NCBI GenBank assembly: GCA_964016885.1
Contig: OZ024744.1
Coordinates: 50,654,001-50,718,000, forward strand
Length of the DNA: 64,000 nucleotides
From: Eledone cirrhosa
Lineage: Eukaryota
Reading direction: 5' to 3'
Shown here: positions 25,801-38,079 of the stretch, piece by piece
How positions within the stretch are numbered: the first letter of the stretch is position 1
Layout of the letters: each line of letters starts with the position of its first letter
Made by a program: the position numbers and the translations under genes
The notes under the pieces: generated by a model
Databases searched by the model: none
What the model was told of the DNA's origin: nothing
Seen by the model: only the letters and a program-made list of their open reading frames with translations

Positions 25801-27039
25801 TGTATATTGGATTAAGAGGTGCCTACTGGGTGTAAGTTTAAGTCCATACGCAAGGGAAGGCAGGTCTTCTTTATTACTGCATAACGCCAAAGATCTCAAT
25901 CCTGTGTCATTGTCTTAGAGAGGTTCAAGTGTATAAGATCAGCTTTTATCACCTCGTCCCAGGTCTTTCTGGGTCTACCTACTCCGTAGCTTCCATCAAT
26001 TTTGATTGCCCTGCACTTTTTTATACAGCCTTCATCCTTCATATGCATCACATGACCATACCAACACAATTTCTTCTTTAATAAACTGTATCTGATCGCT
26101 CGTATGCCTAATTTCTCACTTAGTTCGTTTATGCTTTGCTGTTTGTATATATTACTATTACACATCCATCTGAGCATGCATGCTCCGTTTCTTTCCAATC
26201 TGCACAGATCCTATGCACACAATAGCCAGGTCTCCCTGCCATGTAACATTGCTGTTCATATACAAGCACCAAACAATCTGCCTTTCATTTTTTTATATAT
26301 ATGTGTGTGTGTGTGTGTGTGCTTTTGACAGATGAAAATGTTATGAATTTAACTCTTTAGCATTTAAACAGACTGTATCTGCCCAAAATTAGCTCACCTC
26401 TTTCTGTTCAAACTGGCTGTAACCGACCACTCATACTGATGTTAAGGTATTGTTCTCAAAATAAATAATATTGCATGGGTTGAACAGGTCCTTGTCAGCA
26501 CGGCACTCTCTACTTATCATGTTCCTTTGTCATCTCCTTTGTGAGTCTCAGCAATTTGAGGTCAGCTCTCACAATCTCTTCCCAGGTCTTTCTTGGTCTA
26601 CCTTGACTGATTTCAGTCAAGGTAGACAGTTTCCTCTGGATTTCTTTATACAGTTGCCATCTTCCATATATACCACATGTCCCATACAAATGCTGTCTTC
26701 CATTTTGCACAGTATATCCAATTCGTCTTCCAAGTTTTTCTCTCAGATCACTTATGCTACATTGTTCATGCACATTAACTAGAGTGTACTCGCGTCTTTT
26801 TTTTTAGCATTCACAGGTCTTCTGCAATCAAGACCCATGTATACACACAAACGCATATCATCATCACTGCTGTTTAATGCTATTTTCCATCTTTGCACTA
26901 GTTAGACAAGCTGTCATATTCTGAAACTTGACTAGTCCAAGTAACCATATCTTTCTATGTGTGTATATATAAGTGCGCGCGTGCACACACACACGCACAC
27001 ACACACGCACACACACACACACACACACAGAGTGAAGGT

Positions 27040-29400
27040 ACACAGCACAATGAAGAAATATATTATTAATTTTATGCTTGATATAGTAGGAAAGGAGTCT
27101 TAACGTTTTGGACACTAGTTCTTCATCAGAAGATAGAATGAGAAATTAAAGAAGAAATAGAAAGATTGAGGAGATGGGCAGTGGCAGAGACAAAAAAAAA
27201 ATTAGATAAAAATAACAGGTCCATTCATGTTGCCATCTCTTGGAAAACTGTTGGCGTTTTGTGTATGTTATAAGTTTTTGAAAAGTTGATGATAGAGCAC
27301 ACCTATCTAAAAGGGAAACAAGAATGTTTTGTATATAGAGCGGTGCTTGTGTGTGTGTGTGTTTGTAAGTATGAAGCTTTGAGCAAATGTATGTGTATAT
27401 AAGGGTGTGTGTGTACAGAGCTGTGAAGGTAAATATAGAGGTGTGTGTGTGTGTTTTTTATTGATCTGTATAATCTGTAAAAGTGTGTTTCTGACCATAA
27501 CAGAGCCAAAGGAACCTAGGGGGTGAATGTATGCGCGTATGTGACGAGGGACTAGGTAAAGGGTTAGAGAAGCAAGCACAAGCATATGTGTGTAAGATTA
27601 AAGAAATTGGGAGGGGAGTTGAGTCCTTTCGGGAAACTGGACCCAAGGCAGAAAATCGGACTCTGAAAAAAAGCGAGAAGTGATGGGGTGAGAAGAGAGG
27701 ATGCGGAAGCAAAAGAGGATATGTTTCCGGAGATGTAGGGTGATGGGGTGGTAGGTGAGAGGGAAAGCAGGGCAATGGTGGGGTGAGAGGGCTGTGATAC
27801 AGTCGGTTTCATGGGTACGGATGATGGCAGCATGGATCAGGATGGGGGGATATCCATGCTGGATGAAGCGGGAGGCCATGTCTCGAAATCGTGATCCTGG
27901 CTACAGAGCCGACGACGATAGTAAATTGGGAGGAGGTGAATTCGAGGTAAGAGCGGGAATCAGTGGGCTTATAGAAGATGGAGGTAGAGTGTGGTGAATG
28001 TGGTCAATAATCAGAGAGATATCAAGAAATTGGACAAAAGAAAGAAAGCAGTCGAGCTGTTCATGGGAGAGAGAGGTGGCACCGATACAATCATCGCTGT
28101 AATGACCGTATAGCTCAGGGGTTAGACCGGTATACTGGTAGAAGATCATGGCCTCAACGTAGCCAACAAACAAGTTCGTGTAGTTAGAGCCCACTCTGGT
28201 ACCCATGGCTACCCCTGGCACCTGTTGGGAAATATCTCCAGAAAAGGAAAAACCATTAAGAGTAAGAATGGGTTCAGCAAGATGCAGAAGAGCAGTACTA
28301 GGATAGGGGGTAGGACATAAATTTTTAAAATGCTGGAGCGTGGTGGCCGTCATCATGAGGGATGTGGGTGTAAAGAGAGTTGATGTTCATGATAAGGAGA
28401 AGACGAGAGGGGCCCAGAAGAGAAGGAAAAAGAGTTAAACAGTCAATGGGCATTATTAGTGTCATTGATGTAGAAGGGGAGGTTGATTACTAGAGAGGTG
28501 ATGAGGGTGTCAAGATATTGGGAGATAATTTCAGTAGGGTAATTACAGGTTGAAATGGTAGGGCAGCCGGGATTATCAGGCTTGATATGGTAAGGAGGAA
28601 GTAGATGGTGGGTGTACGAGGGGTGCGTACTATAAGATTAGTAGCATTTGGGGGTAGGAAAGAGGAGATAACTTGATGAATGGTGGAGGACACAAGCTGT
28701 TGGTAGCCTGGGGTGGGGTCAGAGGGTAAATGCCAGTAAAAATGGGTATTGTGAAGCTGGCAGAGGGCCTCAGACCAGTAGAGGTTGATGTCCCACACCA
28801 CCACAGCACTACCTTTATCAGCGAGTTTGATGGCAATGTCATTGTGGTGTTGTAGGCTGTGCAGAGTGGAGAGTTTAGCCAGAGTAAGGTTGGTGTGATG
28901 AGAGTGCTTCTGAAAATTGAAGAGGTTCAAAGTATGTCAACAAAATTCCACAAATGTATCAAGGGAGCTGAACTGCCCAGACTCAGCGTCCACTGTAATT
29001 TTTGGCAGTTGAGACTTTTGAAACAGTCTGTTTGGGTCCATGATGGTATATTATATAAAACTGCTTTGGATAGTGCCAGGTTAGGGGATAGGGTGTATGA
29101 GAGGTATATGAGGGAGATAAACTAGTGGAGGCAGAGGGGGCTGTGATGGTTAGGTGTAGCAATGTGTAGAGACATTGGTGTGGAGAGAAGTGGATATGGG
29201 GGTGATGAAAGAATGTCGAAAGCAACAGGATAAGGGAGTTAGGGCTGGAAGTAAGGTGGGAGTGTGTGTTGACAATAGACGGTGTGGGGGGGGGGGGGGG
29301 GGGGGGGCAGTGTGTGTCGAGTTTTAATTTCTTGATGGAGGTGAGAAAATTGAAGAGGAGGCAATTCAGGTGGAGTATGAATTGGGTGAGGAGTAAAGGT
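27040..29400 (-). mobile_element. Degenerate Penelope-like element (Poseidon/Neptune type) with pseudo-LTR
   Basis: Motifs IAIKLADKGSAVVVWD...Y-SEALCQL...SDPT, RTPTIYFL, GVAMGTRVGSNYTNLFVGYVE and YSDD. A hammerhead-like motif sits at the 3' end; a solo copy of the end lies at 46965-47200. Confidence 0.8.
27098..27133 (-). ncRNA. Degenerate minimal hammerhead ribozyme
   Basis: TCTT-CTGATGA-AGAACtagtGTCC-AAAA-CG-TT^AAGA. G12 is mutated, so it is probably inactive. Confidence 0.6.
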
Positions 29401-30207
29401 AGGCCTTAGCAATATATATCATCATTTAATGTCTATCTTCCATGCTAGCATGGATTAGACGGGTTTGTCCCATTTAGAGGCAGGTTGAGTTGGGTGACCG
29501 TGTCTCACTGATATAGGACTGTTTCTGGTTGGTTTTCTATGGCTGGATGCCCTTCCTAGCGTCAGCTACATTATATAGTAATAAAAATACAAAGAGTCAG
29601 TTTCTGTGGCGTCATTCTTAATTATGTAATCACACAATTACTGACATAATTCATACAATGGAACCTATTAATATGAAGACGGACATATTTTCAATGTTGC
29701 TATTTCAAGAGTCTATTTCTATATGTACCGACTAAGATGATATCTGAAACCCTCATTACAACCATTGCATGATTGCATCATCATATAATTGATGATACCA
29801 CTGAAACACATATTACAATACATTATGTAATAAAGGGAATGAGTTCAAATCCCGCCGAGGTTGACTTTGCCTTTCATCCTTACGAGGTCGATAAAATAAA
29901 GTACCAGTAATATACTGGGTAATTGCTGGCCTTGTGCCTAACGTAGAAACAATTATGTAATAAAGGGAATTATAGAAAACAAACCTTTGTATGCTTCATC
30001 TTGTACAACCCATGTGTTACCATATCAGATTTGGAAAGATACTTACGGCGTTGAGTGCTTGGTCCTAATTACACCATTATTTATTGATTGTGAGAAAAAT
30101 GCAACTCCACCTATCAACTAGTTATCATTTTATAACACACAAACGTATTTATGTCTCTCTCTATATATATATATGCGTGTGTGTATATATATTATATATA
30201 TATATAT

Positions 30208-30239
<32 letters not shown>

Positions 30240-30246
<7 letters not shown>

Positions 30247-30908
30247 ATATTAACAAATGGAAACTATATTTATAAAACCATATTTATTTCATTATACATA
30301 TTTCAAGGACACCAAAGTAAATTATGGTGCGCTTTCATCAGATAAAATATAATATAGATCAGTTTTATAAACAAATATTGACATACCCTTAAAGAATGCG
30401 ACCATGTCGGTTGGAGGCTCCCGGATAGTGGGGTTACTAATTTTATTATTGGTCTATTATGCAAATTAGTGTCGGAGAGGTTTAAATCCCAGTACATTTA
30501 AATTAAGCCGTTGGAATAGGGAAAAAAGAAAAAGAAAAAGAGCAAACCCAAAGAAGGAAAACAAAAGAAAGAGAAAGAGAAAACCCTAAGTGAGAGAGTG
30601 TTGTATTAACGTAATTTATGAGATGATGAAGCGAAAAAATAAATATATAGTGGATGAATTAGGCGGAGTAAATAAAGCGTGGATAAATAAATAAATAATA
30701 ATAACCGGAGAATTTTATCTAATGTTTAAATTTGATTAAATGTTTAATTTATCAATTAAATATGTTAGTTAAATTATTGAGATCTATATATTATTAAAAG
30801 AATATATATATATATATATACGTACATATATATATGTGTGCATGTATGTATATATATACATACTACTGTACGTCTGTATACATATATGTATGTACATATA
30901 CATACTTA

Positions 30909-30950
<42 letters not shown>

Positions 30951-33900
30951 TTATTAAAAAATATTATTAAAATATGTTATTATTATATAACCATATATAA
31001 ATTTATTATTAATAATCAACCAACAATTAATTATTAATTTTTCAATTAATTATCAATAAAAAATAATAAAAATAAAAAATTTTATGTTTAAAATATAGGA
31101 ATGTTTCTAAACCCATGGAAATTCAGAGATTTTACCAAAGAATAATCTCTTCTTTGTAATAGCAATACAGCGTGAAGGAAATTAAGTTATTTATTTGTAA
31201 TTTAGATAGCTCTAAGGATTAAATGTTATAAAGGTTAAGATTATAAAAAAATCTTATATTATTTTATAGCAAGTTATAATTTTATAAATTTTATATATTT
31301 TATAAATCCACCTGTTATACAGTTGTGACTGTTAAAATATAAGTTTGTTTACTATAATGTCTTAATGTTTAAAGTTTTTCATAAGAATATATCTAAAGCA
31401 TAAACCGTAAAAAACCTTTTATAAGAGTTCATTCATAGAATGTATTCAAATTATACACTTTGATATATATACACATATACATACACAGACATACATACAT
31501 GTATACATATACATACACGTATATACATATATATATATATATGCATACATGTACACACATATATACACATATATACATATATATATAAATACAAAATACA
31601 TAATATAAATAAAATGAAATATGAGTTATAATTTTAAAAAGGATTATAATTTTAAAAGGAATTACAATTTTAAAAAATATAATTATATAATTTTTAAAGA
31701 AATTATAATTTTTAAGCAATATCATTTTTAAAATATATATAAGAATATATAGAAAAACCCAGTATAAAATATGAATTATAATTTTTTATATCCATCAGAG
31801 GAATTAACAAAAAAAACTTTTTTTTTTTTAGAAACGTTCAGTATGTTTATCTTAATTGTTTATACCCATAAGAGAAATTTTCAAAAAAGAAATTTTCAAA
31901 AAATCCCTTTTTTTTTTAAATCTTTCAGTATGTTTATCTAGAAGAATTTTCAAGGAAAAAATTTTTAATGAAAAAATTTTTCATTTAAAAGAGTTTTAGG
32001 CAGTCGTAGGAAGGAATCTAATGATTTATCGATAGGTTTAATAAGATGAGTTATGTTACATTTTAAATTTTTATTTAAACGTTGAATTTAATCTATGTTT
32101 GCAGCAACTGAAAAGATTGTTCCTTAAATTCACAGAATTTTTGCTTTTTAATATAAAGAATATTTCCTCTATACAAAGAGCACAATTTTCAGAAGAAGCA
32201 TTGAATGGAGGAGCTTTGGAGATAATATTCCAAAGTAAAGAATAGTTACTGTTCTTTGATTTTAGGTCCCATAGTAAGCTAGATAGAGAAGTTGAAGATT
32301 TTTTATTTATATTCGTAAAAGAGCATTTATGGATATTAAAACAAGATTTAAAGTCTGTGGAAGTAGAACCTACATAATTAAATGAATTTAAATTAGTTTT
32401 TACATTACAATTATATACTATATTTTTAGCTAAACAATTGTTATTTAACGGACAGTTAGATTTATTTCTACAGTTACATTTATCAAAATTCAAGTTAGTA
32501 GGAGCCGTATTATTAAATTGGATATTGCTGGGGTTGTTAATGGTATTCTGGTGAGGTTTTAAGTTTCTATTATTAATTCTATTAATATTCTGCGCTAAAT
32601 TACTGGTGGTTGAATAAGTTAATTTTATAGTATGTCTATTAAATATTGAGTAATATCTATGTGTTCTAGGGAAGCATTTGTCAAGAGCTTTAAAGAATAG
32701 TTTAGCTATAGGAGTTTTAATATTTAATGAGAAAGGAGGAGTGAACCATAATATATTCCTAGTTCTATTTCTTTTTTTGTTTTTCGAATTATTGTAAGGT
32801 TTCCTATTATAGTTGTTAAAATTATGGTTAATTGTTATATTATTATTATCAATGTATTTAATTTTATTACTATATCCAGCTCTACCTAACGCTTTGTTGT
32901 AATAATGTGCTTTATCATAAAAAATATTGTATTAGCTGAAATTCTAGAAATGCGTTGCTGTACTGAATTTACTATAGTATTTTTAACGGATCTGGGGTGA
33001 TTGGAGTTAAAATTAACGTAGTTTAAGTTCTCGTTTAATTTGTGAAATGGATAATAAAGACCTGTGTTAAGGTTTAAGGTTACATCTAGAAAGTTAACTA
33101 TTTTATAATTATTCTCTATTTCTACTTTAAGATTGAGGTAATTAAAAAGTTGTATAATTTCTTTTCTTTTTCTATTTAATTCAGTTATTATTTTTGATAA
33201 GTAATAGCATATCGTCGCGATACAAACCTCCGGTCATCTCCGGTATTTTTCTATGTAGAGTATTATTTATAAAAAGCCCCACAAGATCCGTTATTTGGGC
33301 GGAATCAGATGACGCCATAGTGACATTGAAATTATTATCTCTATCTGCTCTAGTCCAGAGTTGGTTGTTAAATTTAATTAATGTTTTCCGTGCCGTTAGG
33401 ATAATGTGTATTTCATTACTAGTTAAGTCTGTATGTTTAAATGCATATGTCAGTGCTTTATTAAGTAGATTAGGAGTGATGGATGAGTAATAATTAGCAA
33501 TATCCAATTGAATAAACTTATTATTATAGTTATATTTAATGTCTTTAAACCATTCGATAACTTTGTTAGTTCCTTTCCATAATTTTAAATAAGATAATTC
33601 CTTAATTTGTGGTATTATTCTGTCTAAAATGTTCTTGCTAAGTATGCCAAGGTTCGATTTAGATGGTGCAATTAATCTAACTGGTAAGTCAATTTCAAAG
33701 TTCCTTTTGTGGTCCTTCATATTAATTTTTGGTTTCCTTGGCATGAAGGGTTGTGTCCTATTTTCAATGTCTAATTCCTGTATTATGTAAGAGGCGTCTG
33801 TATTCAATTTTTCAAGGTCGTCATTAGTTGTTTTTTTGTATTTCTTCCTTAATTCCTTTAATATAAGATCGTTATAAATATCCTTTTGCTTTCCATAAAG

Positions 33901-34453
33901 ATTATTGGTTTTATCTGACTTGACTAGAATTTTCTCCATTTTCTCCAAGTTTTCAATATTATCTTTGAGATTTCTTAGGTAATCCTGGCCTATGAAGTTG
34001 TTTTTTTTAAATTTAATGCTTTGAATGATAGAGATGATTTCATTTTCAAAATCCATTAGTAGTTTGTTGGAAGGTGGTTTTTTTTTTAGATTTGAAGATT
34101 CTATCAAGATTGGAAATATTCTCTTTTACATCAGATTTATCGAAGTAGAAAGCACGCCACCTGATTCTTCTTATAAATGAGTCTGATTTTTCTATTAATT
34201 GTTTTATAAAGTCTTTATTCCTAGGTATAGGTATGTCCTTTAGAGAAGAAGAGATCTTAAAGAATTCCATTATGAAACCGCACCATAATTTGCTTTGGTG
34301 TCCTTGAAATATGTATAATGAAATAAATATGGTTTTATAAATATAGTTTCCATTTGTTAATATATTGTATATTTACTCCAATAATTTGTTGAGTGCTTTA
34401 TATCAGTTATAAAAATATTTGCTTGTTGTATCCCAACAAATTAAATATAACTT

Positions 34454-34460
<7 letters not shown>
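30240..34460 (-). mobile_element. Near full-length Penelope-like element, probably Naiad clade: RT + GIY-YIG ORF 34270-32071 (frameshifted), long 3' pseudo-LTR, inverted 5' pseudo-LTR
   Basis: Motifs FIRRIRWRAFYF, KSDKT, GLYRDD, VNFLDVTLN, CNC---CPL---CL, IVY...YVGST (GIY-YIG) and CALC-EE...CKH. 34272-34370 (+) is an inverted copy of 30240-30338. Confidence 0.88.
30286..30348 (-). ncRNA. Type I minimal hammerhead ribozyme in PLE pseudo-LTR
   Basis: Minus strand reads ATTTTAT-CTGATGA-AAGcgCACCA(loop)TGGTGtcCTT-GAAA-TATGTA-TA^ATGAAAT: canonical core, stems I and II, short near-palindromic stem III. Confidence 0.8.
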
Positions 34461-34479
<19 letters not shown>

Positions 34480-34485
<6 letters not shown>

Positions 34486-36990
34486 TACTCAACGCCTACG
34501 ACAGTAAAGAACAGATAAAGACATTCAATGTAGAAGAGAACTGGGAGTTCCTAAAAAATAACTTACTAGAGGCGACGGATGAGGTCTGTGGCTGGAGTAA
34601 GACCTCAAGCAGGAGGAGAGTGACTTGGTGGTGGAACAATAAGGTAGATGAGGCAGTTAAGGCCAAGAGACAGGCATGGAAAGAATGGAAGAACGGGGGG
34701 AGCAGGGTACATTACATAGAGACCAAGAGGGAAGCTAGGCGACAAGTATACTTAGCTAGGAGGGAAGCAGAGGATAGAAAATTCAAGCATGTCTTGCAAC
34801 GTGAGGACCAGAAAGAGGAGGTGTTCAAGATTGCGAGGCAGTGTGTCAGAGAATTGTGATGTCATTGGAGAGAAGTGTATCCGGAATGATAAAGGTGAGC
34901 TTGCCCTCACAAGTGCTGAGAAGAAAGATGCATGGAAGAGTCATTATGATAGATTACTAAATGAGGAGAATGCATGGGAAGAAGATACCCTACCCCAAGT
35001 AGACCCTATAGAGGGGCCAGCAGTACAAGTCAGCAGCAACGTAGTAAGTAAGGCAATCAAAGATATGAAGATGGGGAAGGCAACCGGTCCATCGGGTATA
35101 GCTGCCGAGATGCTGAAGGCATCTGGGTCTGTAGGTCACACTATAACCACATGTATTGTTAACCAGGTAATACTAGGTGTCATACCAAAAGATTGGTGCA
35201 GTAGCATCATTGTCAACTGCTACAAAGGTAAAGGTGATGCACTAGATAGAGGAAACTATAGAGGTATAAAGCTGATGGACCAGTTCATGAAAGTAACAGA
35301 AAGAGTTATAGCACAGTTGATTAGGGACCAGGTGAAAATAGACGAGATGCAATTTGGGTTTGTACCAGGAAGAGGCACCACTGATGCCCTCTTCCTTGTG
35401 AGGCAGTTACAGGAAAAGTACCTAGCTAAAAGTAAGCCACTCTACTTGGCATTTGTCGACCTTGAGAAAGCCTTTGACAGAGTTCCACGTGCTGTAATCT
35501 GGTGGGCTCTTAGAAAACTAGGAGTAGATGAATGGCTTGTGAAAGCGGTACAAGCCATGTATAGGGGAGCAGTCAGCAAAGTTAGGATTAGCAATGAGTA
35601 TAGCGAGGAATTTAGCGTACAGGTTGGGGTCCACCAGGGCTCTGTTCTTAGCCCCCTCCTGTTCATCATAGTCCTGCAGGCAATAACGGAGGAGTTTAAG
35701 ACCGGATGCCCATGGGAACTCCTGTATGCTGATGACCTCGCTCTTATAGCTTAATCTATGGTAGAACTAGAGAATAAATTCCAAACTTGGAAGCAGGGAC
35801 TAGAAAGAAAGGGTCTCAAAGTCAACATGACAAAGACTAAGGTCCTTGTAAGTAGACGAGAAAACAGAACCCAGATCCCCTCAGGGAAATGGCCTTGCTC
35901 AGTATGTAGGAAAGGTGTAGGTAGGAACTCCATTCTCTGCCCCAAATGCAAACAATGAGTACACAAGAGATGTAGCGGCATCTCAGGAAACTTAATTAAG
36001 AATGTAGGCTTCACATGCAGCAGCTGTGCTAGGGCAGCAAACAGCCACAGGAAACAAGTACCACCAATCTCTGGGAGGGCTCTGTAGAAACAGTAGACAG
36101 CTTCTGCTACCTAGGTGACCGAATTAGCAGCGGAGGTGGGTGTTCAGAAAGTACAATAACTAGGGTAAGAATGGGATGGAAGAAGTTTAGGGAACTACTA
36201 CCATTGCTAACTGCAAAAGGCTTCTCCCTCAGAATGAAAGGCAGACTATGATGCGTGTATCCGAACAGCGATGTTGCATGGTAGTGAGACCTGGGCGCTG
36301 AAGGTGGAAGACTTACGTAGATTAGAGAGAAACGAAGCCTGCATGCTCCGATGGATGTGTAACAGTAATATACGTGAACGACAAAGCATAAATGAATTGA
36401 GAGAGAGACTGAGCATAAGAGGAATCAAATGCTGTGTGCAGGAGAGGCAGTTGCGCTGGTATGGACATGTGATGCGTATGAAGGATGACAGCTGCATAAA
36501 AAGGTGCAGAGCACTAGAAGTCGATGGAAACCGCGGAGTGGGGAGACCCAAGATGACCTGGGATGAGGTGATAAAAGCCGACCTTACCCAATTACACCTC
36601 TCAAAGGCAATGACACACGACCATGACCTCTGGCGTCACGCAGTAATACAGAGTACCCGACCTCCCATGGGTACAAGCTGAAGCATATAGACAATATGCC
36701 CCCACACCCCCCACCGCAAGGTGGTCGTGGAGGTGCCACGGCAAAAAAGCACCCAGCCCACACTGTAAAGTGGACGTGTAGGCGCCACGAAAAAGCACCC
36801 AGCACTCACTGTAAATGAGGTTGGTGTCAGGAAGGGCATCCAGCTGTAGAAATCAAGCCAAATCAGTTCCTGTATGAGCAAGGCATGGTCAGCCGACCAG
36901 ACATTGCCCACAATAGGACAACCCGTCTAACCCATGCTAGCGTGGAAGAACGGACGGAAAACGATGATGATGATGATGATGATGATGATA
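34480..36990 (+). mobile_element. 5'-truncated RTE-clade LINE, related subfamily in the opposite orientation
   Basis: ORFs 34419-35754, 35758-35958 and 36271-36681 carry the same motifs (LLYADD, GKWPCSVCRKGVGRNSILCPKC). 3'UTR ends in (gat)n. Confidence 0.92.
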
Positions 36991-37003
36991 TATATATATA
37001 TAT

Positions 37004-37316
37004 ATAATATATAAGATCAAAAGATGGTTAAATGAGTTCCATGTATTTTATTATGCGCATTTCAAAAACAAATATCATCATGCAATAACATTTGTGTTTT
37101 CATCAGATAAAATAGGAGGACATGATATGAAGGTTAAAAAACACTTGTGGATAGTGCAGTTTTAAATCAACATGAAATGCGCATAATAAAATACATGGAA
37201 CTCATTTAACCATCTTTTGATCTTATATATTATGTATACTCCAGTCCTACAAACTGTAGAGTGCTTCTTATCCGATATCTGCATTGCTTTATTGTACTAC
37301 AATAAAACTCACCTCC

Positions 37317-37320
<4 letters not shown>
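37004..37320. mobile_element. Non-coding PLE remnant: inverted pseudo-LTR pair between (TA)n tracts
   Basis: Arms of about 60 bp (37004-37064 and 37173-37233) are reverse complements. The tail tactcc...gagtgctt resembles 34370-34400. Confidence 0.75.
37044..37114 (-). ncRNA. Type I minimal hammerhead ribozyme with palindromic stem III
   Basis: Minus strand reads TATTTTAT-CTGATGA-AAACACAAATGTTATTGCATGATGATATTTGTTTTT-GAAA-TGCGCA-TA^ATAAAATA: perfect 8-bp stem I, long stem II, intact core. Confidence 0.85.
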
Positions 37321-37385
<65 letters not shown>

Positions 37386-38079
37386 GAAATGGCCATGCTC
37401 AATGTGTAGGAAAAGTGTAGGTAAAAATTCCATTTTATGTCCCAAATGCAAACTATGGGTACATAAATGATGTAGTGGGATCACAGGTAAGCTATCTAAG
37501 AATGTAGATTTCATATGTGGCTGATACTCAGGTGCAATAAGTAGCAAGTGCCCACAGGATACTAGCTCCTTCTTAACTGGGTGACGGAATCAGCAGTGGG
37601 GGAGGGTGCTCTGAAAGTACAGTAGCCAGAGTTAGAACAGGATGGAAAAGGTTCAGAGAGCTTATACCGCTGTTGGCCACAAAAGGTTTCTTTCTTAAAA
37701 TGAAAGGCAGATTATATGATGCCTGTATACGAACAGCAATGTTACATGGCAGTGAGACATGGGCATTGTATGCAGAGGACCTGCGCAGACTGGAAAGGAA
37801 TGAAGCATGCTCTGATAGATGTGTAATTGTAATATACACAATCATCATCATCATCATCATCATCATTTTACGTCCGCTTTTCCATGCTTGCAAGGGTGGG
37901 ACAGGAACTGATTCTGGCTTGATTTCTACAGCTGGATGCCCTTCCTAACACCAACCTCATTTACAGTGAGCGATGGGTGCTTTATTTCCAATGCACCTAC
38001 ACGTCCACTTTACAGTGTGGGCTGGGTGTTTTTTTGCCATGGCACCTCCACGACCACTTTGCAGTGGAATGATAGGGAC

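Noticed and set aside
29286-29307. Poly-G run as a functional G-quadruplex
   Set aside because: Simple homopolymer within a decayed PLE; nothing else supports function.
33181-33183. In-frame TGA in the Naiad-like PLE read as selenocysteine
   Set aside because: A TAG follows three codons later and homology continues in another frame (TELNRKRKEII...VNFLDVTLN), so it is a frameshift. No SECIS-like motif was seen after the stop at 32071.
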